In this document: positions 1-9,666 of the stretch, piece by piece
Position numbering within the stretch: position 1 is the stretch's first letter
Layout of the letters: each line of letters begins with the position of its first letter
DNA from: Candidatus Saccharimonadota bacterium
GTDB taxonomy: Bacteria; Bacillota_I; Bacilli_A; Mycoplasmatales; Hepatoplasmataceae
DNA: 32,000 nt
NCBI GenBank assembly: GCA_027925225.1
Contig: AP027131.1
Coordinates: 510,001 to 542,000 of the forward strand
Direction: 5' to 3'
Notes under the pieces: generated by a model
What the model was told of the DNA's origin: nothing
Databases searched by the model: none
What the model saw: only the letters and a program-made list of their open reading frames with translations
Position numbers and translations under genes: made by a program

Positions 1-108
1 AGTAATTACAACAAACTTATTTTTTGGAATCTTAACATTTATATTTTTAAGATTATTTTCTCTTGCATTAGAAACAGTAATAAAGTCTCTATTATCTTTA
101 TTTATCAT
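1..108 (-). CDS. uvrA: Excinuclease ABC subunit A, N-terminal end (partial, runs off left edge)
   Basis: Reverse translation from the ATG at 108-106 gives [36 protein letters not shown]. This matches the conserved UvrA N-terminus (I-x-V-x-x-AR-x-x-NLKNI-x-V-x-IP-K/R-x-x-F/L-VVIT) that lies just before the first Walker A. Confidence 0.75.
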   Translation of the reverse strand, partial: MINKDNRDFITVSNARENNLKNINVKIPKNKFVVIT

Positions 109-244
109 AGAAAAATTATAGTAAATATTAAATAAGAAAAATTAATATTTTTATTTTTAAAAAATTAATAAATAAAAAAAATATTATAATTTTTTGTATA
201 AAAGGGAATAAATATAAAAAAACAAAAGGTGAATCATAAATAAA

Positions 245-2008
245 ATGGAATCTAAAAATTTTTTAATACCAAAAGGTTTTTGTCAAGAATTAATTGTCGA
301 AGAAGATGACAATGAATTAAAAAATATAAGTCAAAAATTTATTAATATTTTAGATGAAGAAAACGAAAAATATATAGAAGAAAAAAATAAAAAGGAAAAT
401 GAATTTAAAGAATATATAAATGATAAAAATGCTAAAAATTACTTTTTTGAACCAGAAATATTATCTAGAAGATCTCCGCTTACAATTATAAATGCTCCTT
501 GAGGAAGCGGAAAAACTTTTTTTATTGAAAATTTAATTAAATTGGCAATAGACGAAAAAGAAAAAGGAATAGATTTTAAAAACTTTAAAAAAATAATTAT
601 TATTGATGCTTGAAAATATTCTAATTCAGAAAACATACCAGATGAAATAATGTCAGAATTATTTTCAATTTTTATTAAACTTTATCCAAAATATAAGGAA
701 ATATTTAAAAAAATTGCTTATAAAATTTTTAATACAGCTGCAATACCATGAGCAAAAAAAATAAATATTGATATAAACAAAATTGATATAGAAAGAAAAG
801 AAAATGAAAACATTATAGATTATTTTAAAAAAACAAGTATTGAAAAAACAATTGTTTTCTTTGATAATATTGAAAGAATTGGCAAAAAAAGTTGAGAAAT
901 TTTAAAAGCAATTTTCAAAATACAACAATTTGATAATTTTGTTTTTGTTTTACCAATGAACATTAAGGGATTTAAAAATAATGAAAAAAATAATTCAGAA
1001 TATCCAATTGAAAAATTTATTGATATAAAATATTTTGAATTTAAACAAAATTATTTATCTCTTATTAAGGGGATGGGTTTTCATGAAAAAGAAGTAAAAA
1101 TAATAAATAGTATTCTTGATACAGAAATAGATGGACAAAAATTATCTATAAGAGAAGTAAAACAAAGATTTATAGCTAATAATATATTAAATATTAAAAA
1201 TGAATACGAAAGACTTTATAAAATATTTAAAAATATTTGAGGTTCTTCTTTAATTTTAAAAGAAAAAATTAACAAAGTTTCTTTTGAAATATATACAAAA
1301 AAAAGAGAATTTAAAGAAGAGACTAATGAATTTTTTAATTTAATTTCTAAAGAAATAAATAAATTTGAATTAACTGAAAAAATAAGGGAAATAATTAATG
1401 AATTATGAAAAAATACAAAAATGGAAGAATTATTAAGAAAAAGTAAAAGAAATAATTTTATTCAAATTAATGATTATGATTATTTTAAAAATTTCTTAAC
1501 AGAAGCGGAGAAAAATTTAGAAATTTTTTTAAATGAAAACAATAAAAATATTAAAAAGGAAAAAAATAATTTAACTGAAAATGAAAATTTAATTGAAAAT
1601 TATAAATCAAATAAAAAAGAAAATAATGATAAGATAATTAATCTAAAAAAAGAAAATCCTATTAATCATAAGGAAGTAGTTATACTTGAAACTGTAAATA
1701 AAAAAAATGAAGATTCTATTTACTTACATAATAAAAAAATTATTGAAAACAATAAAAAAATTTCAGTGATTAAAAACGAAATTGAGAAAAGTGAATTTGA
1801 TTTATTATTAATTAAAGAAATTAAAAATAAATTTACTAATAAACTTAATTTATTAAAAGATAAAAAAGTGAATATTGATTTATTTATAAAAGAAAAAAAT
1901 GAAAATCTTTTAGAACTAAGTGAAAAATACGAATATAATTTTGAAAATAAAGAAGATATTAATAGATTTTCAGATTTTAATTTTAATAAGCTTAATGAAA
2001 TATTTTAA
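245..2008 (+). CDS. KAP-family P-loop NTPase with a long K/N/E-rich coiled-coil-like C-terminal half
   Basis: Track ORFs 245-502, 956-1240 and 1421-2008 share one frame and are separated only by TGA codons, giving a single 587-codon frame with no TAA/TAG. It has a Walker A INAPWGSGKTFF (W encoded by TGA at 500-502). This is followed by IIIIDAWKYS, which resembles the KAP FNAW-x-Y motif. A Walker B-like IVFFDNIER (857-877, compare DDLDR) and then FVFVLPMN complete the pattern. Confidence 0.75.
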
Positions 2009-2934
2009 TTAGGATTACTAACAAGTAAAGTAAAATTACCATTTAAATTTATTTCTAATAATTCATCATAAGTTAATATTAAACTCTCGTATTTTTTAAT
2101 ATTAATATTATTTATACTTCCTTCACCTTTAATATTAGTAACAATTAAAAAATTATGATCTTGATAATTTTTTAATATATCTTCTCCAGAAATTACTCAT
2201 TTTTCTAAATTAAAAATACTATTTCTTATTAAAGAAGAAATCTTAAGATTATTAGAAGAAAAAATATTTTTAATCTCACTTTTAACATCAATATTTAAAT
2301 TTAAAACATTTAAAGCTTTTTTTACATCTAAAGGTCTTTTTTGCTTATTATCATCTAATCTATCATAATCATAAAAACGATAAGTAATGTCAGAAGATTG
2401 TTGAACTTCATAAAGAAAAGTATTTCCTTTAATTGCATGTAAAGTACCTGGCAATATATTAAAAACATCTCCTTTTTTTATTTTATAAGTACTTAAAATA
2501 TCATTCCATTTATTTTCTTTAATTTTATTTTTTATTTCTAATTTATCTTTTATCTTTGTTCCGATAATAATTTCATTGTATTTATTTGTATCTAATATAT
2601 ATCAAGCCTCTGATTTACCATAAGGGTAATTTTCTAATTCTTTTGCTTGTTCATCATTTGGATGTACTTGAATAGATAAATCTTCCTTTGCATCTATAAG
2701 TTTTATTAAAAGAGGAAAATAATCACTTTTATAATTATTAAATAATGGTTTATTATTTATATAAAAATCATATAAATTTACATTTTTATTTAAAATTTTT
2801 GAAGAATTATTTTTATATCCAGAAACAATTCAAGCTTCTCCAATTGCTTTATTATTTTTAATATTAAAAAAACTTGATAATCTTTTACCACCTCATATTT
2901 TTTCTGAAAAAACTGGTTCAATTTTTAAAATCAT
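2005..2934 (-). CDS. manA: Mannose-6-phosphate isomerase, class I
   Basis: The N-terminus reads MILKIEPVFSEKIWGGKRLSSF. The internal stretch LPGTLHAIKGNTFLYEVQQSSDITYRFYDYDRLDDNKQKRPL matches the class I PMI signature region. The frame is continuous through TGA codons from 2934 to the TAA at 2007-2005. Its stop overlaps the stop of the convergent KAP gene. Confidence 0.85.
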
Positions 2935-3077
2935 ATTTCTTATACTTTCTTTCTTTTGATTAAAATTTTTTTATTTCTAATTTCTTTAAAATCATCAAAA
3001 AAATAATAACAATAAATATTATTATTTTTAGTATTTAATATAATTTAAATTAAAAAATACAAAATTAATATTTTATA

Positions 3078-3410
3078 TTATTCTAAATTATTTATATTTT
3101 CCTCTTTTTGATTTTTTGCAATAAATTCTTTATCTTGTAAATTAATATTGAATATTAAATTAAAAACATATTTTAAACTAGATAAAAATAAAAATATATC
3201 AATAAAAATTAAAGCAGCAAGAATTATTTTTGAATTTTTTAATTCAGTACTATAAATATCTCAATTACTATAAGAAGAATTCATATTGCTCAATTTTTCT
3301 TTAAGATCTTCAATATTATGGTTAACATTTATCATTAATGGAATAAATAATAAAAATAAACCAAAAAATAAAATACATAATAATACTTTTTTATATTTAA
3401 CTTTTTCCAA
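3078..3410 (-). CDS. Hypothetical small membrane protein (110 aa, two hydrophobic segments)
   Basis: A TTG start at 3410 lies 8 nt after AAGAGGTGA. The frame stays open to the TAA at 3080-3078 with one internal TGA. The translation starts MEKVKYKKVLLCILFFGLFLLFIPLMI and later contains KIILAALIFIDIFLFLSS. It is absent from the track because of the TGA. No homology recognised. Confidence 0.4.
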
Positions 3411-3546
3411 ATTTATCACCTCTTAATTTTTTCTCTAAATAAAAATTCATCATAAATTTTAATAAAAATAAAAAAAAATAAATAATCTTTTTAAAAATTA
3501 TTTTACAAAGTATTATAATGACTTTGATATTGAAGCTAATAGGATA

Positions 3547-5832
3547 ATGAAAAATAATATTGAAAAATTTGTTGTTAATTTAGAGAAAAATGATTTAACA
3601 CAAAATGATATTTTTCAAATGATTTCTAACAAATTGTTTGAAAAACAATACATTAAAAACAAAGACGGATTAATTTTAAAATTAAAAGAAAGAGAAGACA
3701 ATATAAGCACTGGTATAGGTCAAGGTATGGCTATACCACATGCTAGTTTTAACGAGCTTAAAGAACCAAAGGTTTTTATTTTTCGTTTAAAAAATAGTAT
3801 GAAATGAAAAAATTCATTAGACGGGAAAAAAGTAGATTTAATAATTTCTATTTTAGTTCCCAAAAATGAAAGGAATAAACATTTTGAAATTTTAACAAAA
3901 TTTTCTTCTAGTTTAACTATTGAGGAAAATATTGAAAAATTTAGAAAATTACCAAAAAAACAATTAATTTATTTTATTGATAATGAAATATTTAATTCAG
4001 AAGAAAAGAAAGATGAAATATTAGAAGAGAGAGAGAGAGAGAGAGAGAGAGATAATAAAAATATATTTATAGTAGGTGTAACAACTTGTCCAACAGGAAT
4101 AGCGCACACCTTTATGGCAGCCACTGCACTTGAAAAAGAAGCAAAAAGTCGTGGTTGAAAAGTAAAAATTGAAAAACAAGCACAAATAACAAAAGATAAA
4201 TTAACTGCACAGGAAATTAAAGATGCAGATTATGTAATCTTTGCTGCAGGAAAAGGAATTGAAGAAATAGAAAGATTCTATGGTAAAAAACTTTATGAAG
4301 TAGATGTTGCAAAACCGATTACAAAAGCAAAAGAAGTTTTAGATGATTTACTTAAAAAAGCAAAACCTTTTAATGTTGGTGCAAAAAATAGTGAAACAGA
4401 AATTAATTCATTAGATAAAGAAAAAAAAGGTTTTAGCCAAGGGCCAATAAGACATTTACTTACAGGTATTTCTTATATGATCCCATTTATTGCAATGGCA
4501 GGAATTGTTTTAGGAATTACTTCTGCTGCTGGATTTGATACAGGTTGAATTAATCCTGATACAGGTATTGTAGTTCCGGGTCCATATGATGTACATCCAG
4601 AGGGTTGAACAGAAGAATGGACATATGGATTTGCGCCAGTAAATAATGCCGCGATGGCAGTTAATACTGTCGCGGGCGATGCTTTTACATTATTTATTCC
4701 AGTTCTTGGAGGTTATATTGCTTATTCAATTGCAGGTAGACATGCCATAGCACCAGCTATGATTACATCATTCTACTTAAATGATACTTCGGGAACAGCA
4801 CTATGAAATTACCAAGAGGGTACATTTGGAAATTTTGGTAGTGATCATTTGGTATCGCTAGGATTTTTAGGAGCAATTGCTGCTGGTTATTTAATAGGTT
4901 ATTCAGTATCATGATGAACAAAAAAAACCAGCAAGATAAATAATGCAGCTTTTCAAGCTGTTAATCCCTTATTAATAATTCCAATTTTATTTACAATGAT
5001 TCCTTGATTTTTCTTTGCATTTATTGGTTATTTACCATTATATTGAATTGCATATGGTTTAGGAGAAGGAATTGATGCTCTGGTTGATGCAAATCTCCTT
5101 TGGATTGCAGGTGGAATAATGGGTATAATGATTTGCTTTGATTTAGGGGGGCCAGTGAACAAGATGGCGATGGTTATTGGAGTTGGCTATTTAGCAACAA
5201 ATAATTATTTCCCATTATTAAATGGTGTTTGTGCTGTCTGTGTTTCTATTCCTCCTCTGGTTTTATTTCTTGCTTGTTATCTTGGAAAATATCTTGGTTT
5301 TAGAATGAATGAAGAAGATAAAGCAATGGCTACAACAGCAGGTATAATGGGATTCTTTGGAATAACTGAAGGTTCAATTCCTTTTGCTGCAAAAGATCCT
5401 AAAAGATACATGCCCGCATTTATGTTTGCTGGTTTTATTGCTGGTATGTTAGCTATAGCTACTGGCGTAGGAAACAATGTTGCAATGTGAGGAGGCCCAA
5501 TCATTTATATTGCTGGAGGTATGGGTCATTCACCAGATCATGTTACAACTAGTGCTGAATTTATGCAAGCTGATTGAGGATATGCTGCATGATACTTTGT
5601 TCCTTTAATAATTGGTGGTTTTGCAGGATTATTCGCACTTGCTTTCTTAAATTGAATGTATACAAAATCAGAAAGAAAAGAAAATAAAAATACAGATGAA
5701 ATTCTTGATGAGAATACTTCAAAAGTAAAAAAATATAAAAATAAAGAAATTAAAAAAAATAAAGAAAAAGAATCTATAAATTATGCAATACATATTAAAA
5801 ATCAAACATATTTTAATTACGCAATAATTTAG
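3547..5832 (+). CDS. fruA: PTS fructose-family transporter, fused IIA-IIB-IIC
   Basis: One frame runs from 3547 to the TAG at 5830-5832 with many TGA codons. The IIA (type 2) region contains GIGQGMAIPHA. The IIB region contains [32 protein letters not shown]. The IIC region contains MICFDLGGPVNKMAM and multiple hydrophobic helices. Confidence 0.9.
4027..4052 (+). repeat. Perfect (GA)13 dinucleotide microsatellite inside fruA, in the IIA-IIB linker
   Basis: Read directly: gagagagagagagagagagagagaga, 26 nt. In frame it encodes ERERERER between the IIA and IIB domains. Confidence 0.95.
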
Positions 5833-5850
5833 TATATAAAGATTTTTTAT

Positions 5851-5890
5851 AAAATAAAGACTAATTAATTAGTCTTTATTTTTTTTATTT
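5851..5890 (+). terminator. Rho-independent terminator downstream of fruA (perfect palindrome plus T-run)
   Basis: The sequence aaaataaagactaatt / aattagtctttatttt forms a perfect 16+16 nt inverted repeat at 5851-5882. A T-run follows, and the site is about 20 nt after the fruA stop. Confidence 0.6.
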
Positions 5891-5988
5891 TTACAAAATA
5901 AAAATAGGATAATGCTTAAATTTTATTACTAAAGGGCTAAGTCATTTAAATTTAGTTTATTAGATTTTTTAAATCAAAATAAATAAAA

Positions 5989-6131
5989 TTATCCTTTTAA
6001 CTCAGTAATAATATCTCTTAATTTAATAGCCTTTTCAAAATAATGTTTTTAGCTGCAAGAGTCATTTCTTTTTCAAGAAATTTACCTTTTATATTTTTAT
6101 TTAAAGCTGAAATTTTTATATTATTTTATGC
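5989..6131 (-). pseudogene. Decayed duplicate of the uvrB 3' end (last ~47 codons, UVR domain)
   Basis: It aligns colinearly and in the same orientation with 7381-7524, at roughly 85% identity by eye. A 1-nt deletion near 6045-6047 and a CAA-to-TAA change break the frame. The relic reads [23 protein letters not shown]...[15 protein letters not shown], against [41 protein letters not shown] in the intact gene. Confidence 0.8.
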
Positions 6132-6254
6132 TTTTTTATTATTAATTAAATAAAAAAAATATTTACATTTTTAAAAACCTTTTTATAAAAAAAAAAAATT
6201 AATTTTATATAAATTTATATTTCAAATTTTTACAAATATATTATAAAATTAGTT

Positions 6255-6319
6255 TAGGATGGTACTTAGGGATCATCAACAAGGGGTTAGTTCTTATGCA
6301 TCTAGCCCTTTTGCATTTT
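6255..6319 (+). ncRNA. Candidate small structured RNA or terminator-like element (unclassified)
   Basis: This is a local GC-rich patch (taggatggtacttagggatcatcaacaaggggttagttcttatgcatctagccctt) in otherwise almost pure A+T intergenic DNA. A hairpin pairs AAGGGGTTAG (6281-6290) with CTAGCCCTT (6302-6310), with one bulge and an 11-nt loop. It is followed by ttgcatttt on the plus strand only. I recognised no known RNA family. Confidence 0.25.
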
Positions 6320-6342
6320 AAGAACTTATAAAAAGCAAATAT

Positions 6343-7275
6343 TTAATTGTAATTTAAAAATTTAGAAAAATATTTTTTTAAATAATTAAATTTTTTTACA
6401 GATTTTGAATTTTCAAGTAAATTTTTGATATCAAAAATAAGTTTTCTAGCAATTTTATTTCTCAAAAAATCTTCTTGCTTATTTAAGTAATTAAACAAAG
6501 TATCGACTTTTTCTTTTTCCATTATTAAGTCACTTAAATGAGAAATAGCATTTCTATATTTTCTTGTGCTTTGTATTCTTTCAATAAAAATATTATTAAA
6601 AATCTTTTCATCTTTTTCTTTATTTGATAAATCTTTTTTATAAATTATTTTTCTAAGCTGATTTAATTTATGTTTATGAATAAAATTATAATTTGATAAT
6701 TCGTCTAAATTTATAAAGTTTTCATTTCATAATAATTTTAAAGTTTCTATTTTTTCGCAAAAAGAAAATTTATGAATTATTTTTGAAACATCTATTAAAT
6801 TATTTTTATCAAATATATTTTTTATTTTTTTGATATCAATCTTTTCTAAAATATAATTAAAATCTTTTTCAAAAAACATTACTTTCATATACAAAAATTT
6901 CTCAAGATAATATTCAAATGAAAAAACATAAGGGTATAATAAATTACTTAATTCTCTTTGTATTTTTTTCAAATCATTTAATAACGAATTCATATTTTTA
7001 ATAAAAATATTTTTGTTATTTTTTGAAAAATATAAAATCAATGGTCTAAATGATTTATAAAAATTTTCTAATAAATAAATATCTATTTTCCCGTTTTTTA
7101 TTGAATCATTAAAAAATGCAAATTTATTAAATTCACTTAGATTTCTATTTTTATCATAAATATAATTAAAATCAATTATTTTATTTCTAGTTAAAAAATT
7201 AATAATATTTTTATCAAATAAATTATTTTTTTTAAGCATATTTGATGCGTTAGTAAAAATTTTATCTGTTTTCAT
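6343..7275 (-). CDS. Hypothetical protein with Rx4H HEPN-type motif, Abi2 (AbiD/AbiF)-like candidate
   Basis: Track ORF 6727-7275 continues through the TGA at 6729-6727 to the TAA at 6345-6343, giving 310 aa. The C-terminal third contains IQSTRKYRNAISHLSDLI, and its RNAISH codons span 6555-6538. The motif and the protein length resemble the Abi_2 family consensus (l-RN-x-x-A/S-H). No other domain recognised. Confidence 0.5.
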
Positions 7276-7380
7276 AATACAATATTTTTTATTAAATGTT
7301 TAAAATTACAAAATCAAAAAAATTATATAAAAAATAATAAATTTTACTTGTAAAAATTAAAAATATAAATTTCAATAAAA

Positions 7381-9324
7381 TTAACCTTTTAATTCAGTAA
7401 TCATATCTCTTAATTTAATAGCTTTTTCAAAATCATACTTTTTAGCAGCAAGAGTCATTTCTTTTTCAAGCATTTTGATTTTATCTTTTTTATTTAAAGC
7501 CGAAATTTTTACATCTTTTTGTGCTAATTCTTCTATTAAAGGTTCTGGTATTTTTTTGATTATAGTTCGAGGAGTAATATTATTTGCTTTATTAAAAGCT
7601 AATTGAATTTCTCTTCTTCTTTCAGTTTCTCTTATTGCTTCTTTCATTGATTTAGTAAAATTAGTAGCGTAAAAAATAACATGACCATTTACATTTCTAG
7701 CAACTCTCCCTATCATTTGAATAAGCGATCTAGTATTTCTTAAAAATCCTTCTTTATCTGCTTCCAATACTGCAAGAAGGGAAACTTCTGGAACATCTAT
7801 CCCTTCTTTTAATAAGTTAATTCCTACAATCCCATCATAAAAACCAATTCTTAATTTTCTTAATACTTCTTCCCTTTGAAATGTTTTAAGTTCACTATGG
7901 AGATAAGCAATTGAAAAGCCTTTTTTTGTAAGAAATGAAGCAATATCCTCGGCTAGTTTTTTTGTTGTAGTATTTATAAAAACTCTCTCATTTCTATCTT
8001 TTCTTATTTGAATTTCTTTTATTAAATCATTTATTTGATTTTCTTCTTTTCTTATTTCAATAGTTGGATCAATAAGCCCTGTAGGTCTAATAATTTGTTC
8101 TACTACCTTATGATTTGCTTTTCCAAGTTCATAATCCCCTGGAGTTGCAGAAGTATAAATAACTTTATTCATTACTTTCTCAAATTCAGGAAATCTTAAT
8201 GGTCTGTTATCTAAAGCAGTTGGAAGTCTAAAACCATATTTTACAAGTGATTCTTTTCTTGACTTATCTCCTTCGTACATTCCTCTAATTTGTGGAATAG
8301 ACATATGTGACTCATCAACTATTAAAAGAAAATCTTTTGGAAAATATGAAAAAAGGGTAGCAGGAGGTTCTCCTGATTTTCTCCATGGCTCAAAATAAAT
8401 TGAATAATTTTCAATTCCAGAAGTCATCCCAAATTCTTCAAATTGTTCTATATCAAAATTTACTTTATTTTCAAGTCTTTGTTTTTCAAGACGTAAATCT
8501 TCTTTTTCAAAATAACTTAATCTTTCTTTTAAATCTTTTTTAATATTTTTAACAGCATTAGCCAATAAAGATTGAGAAAAAACATTGGGATTTGCAGGTG
8601 TAATTGTAAAACTTTTATAAAACTTTAATACATCTTTGTTAAGAGAATCAATTTCTACAATTTCTTCTATAACATCATCAAAAGTATCAATCCTTAAATT
8701 AAATTGATCAGTTCAAGAAGGAGCAAGCTCAATCAAATCACCATTTACAATAAAATTACCAGGAGAAAGATCTGATGATCTTTTATATCCTAGTTTTATT
8801 AATTTATGTAAAAATTCATTTTTATTAATTTTTTGTTTTAATGAAATTTCAAAATGATGTTTTTTATATTCATCAGGAGAACGATGACCATAAATAGAAG
8901 CAACAGAAGAAACAACAATTACATCATTTCTAGAAGTAAGTGCATTAAGTGCTGAATTACGCATCATTTCAATTTGTCAATTTTGTACAGATTGTTTTTC
9001 AATATAAGTATCAGTTTTAGGAAGATATGCTTCTGGTTGATAAAAATCAAAATTTGAAATATAATATTCAACTCTATTATTGGGAAATAAATCTTTTAAT
9101 TCTATAAATAATTGATTAGCAAGAGTTTTATTGTGTGCCATTACAAGGGTTGGTCTTTTATATTTTTCAATAACATTAGCCATTGTAAAAGTTTTCCCAG
9201 TTCCAGTTGCTCCCAAAAGAACAATATGGTCTTTACTTTTTAATTGCTCTAAAATTTCTTTTATTGCTCTTGGTTGATCACCTGATGGAATTTTATCGGT
9301 AATTAACTCAAAATTTCTTTCCAT
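7381..9324 (-). CDS. uvrB: Excinuclease ABC subunit B
   Basis: Three track ORFs (8977-9324, 8713-8967, 7381-8565) share one frame and are joined by TGA codons. The sequence contains [17 protein letters not shown] (Walker A), DESH, helicase motifs and the C-terminal UVR domain. Total 647 aa. Confidence 0.95.
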
Positions 9325-9325
9325 T

Positions 9326-9619
9326 TTATTTATCTTTTTCTTCTTTTTTATTATTATCTATTTTATTATTACTTTTTTTATCTTTTTTCGATTTATCAAT
9401 AGTATGATTTTTCTTTTCGTAAAATGTAATTCTATTAAATTTAATATCTGTAAAAAATAATAAAATAATAATAATTAATACAATAACTGCAATGGTATAA
9501 AAAAGAATTGCTAATGATTTTACTCCAGTAATTTGCCCCACTATTGCAATAATTATTATTATTAATAATATAAAAATTAATTTAGTTGTTCCATTTGTAT
9601 TTGTTCAAAGTTTTCTCAT
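9326..9619 (-). CDS. Hypothetical small membrane protein (97 aa) immediately upstream of uvrB
   Basis: The ATG at 9619-9617 gives MRKLW (W = TGA), and the frame then joins track ORF 9326-9541. There are two hydrophobic segments and a lysine-rich tail. Its TAA (9328-9326) lies 1 nt before the uvrB ATG. Confidence 0.6.
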
Positions 9620-9666
9620 TATTAAATTTTATTTTTTTGGTATTTAAATAATAGCATTTAAAATAA

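Larger units (their letters stand above)
5989..7380. mobile_element. Putative integrated islet remnant bounded by direct repeats of the uvrB 3' end
   Basis: The segment lies between the uvrB 3' relic (5989-6131) and the functional uvrB stop (7381). It contains only one CDS (6343-7275) and one GC-rich hairpin element. No recombinase gene is present, so the mobile origin is inferred from repeat architecture alone. Confidence 0.35.

Noticed and set aside
439-636. Track ORFs antisense to or overlapping well-supported genes: 439-636(-), 5277-5504(-), 12047-12319(+), 15866-16075(-), 21750-21935(+), 22186-22503(-), 23205-23420(+), 25298-25525(+), 26608-26826(+), 29404-29700(+), 29806-30027(+)
   Set aside because: Each lies entirely opposite a gene with clear conserved motifs or a much longer code 4 frame. 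Their translations are low-complexity F/L/I/K/N strings typical of shadow frames in AT-rich DNA.
245-2008. Treating 245-502, 956-1240 and 1421-2008 as three separate small genes
   Set aside because: All three share one frame, the gaps contain only TGA codons, and the KAP NTPase motifs run across the first two junctions.
6187-6198. Intergenic A12 homopolymer as a phase-variable promoter spacer
   Set aside because: It is not positioned between any convincing -35/-10 pair that I can define. Such runs are expected in spacers that are almost pure A+T.
6258-6320. A 20-codon ORF (MVLRDHQQGVSSYASSPFAF) inside the GC-rich element
   Set aside because: The only purine-rich stretch is AGG directly abutting the ATG, with no spacer. 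The ORF is too short to evaluate, and its codon composition is unlike every other gene here. The hairpin explains the composition better.
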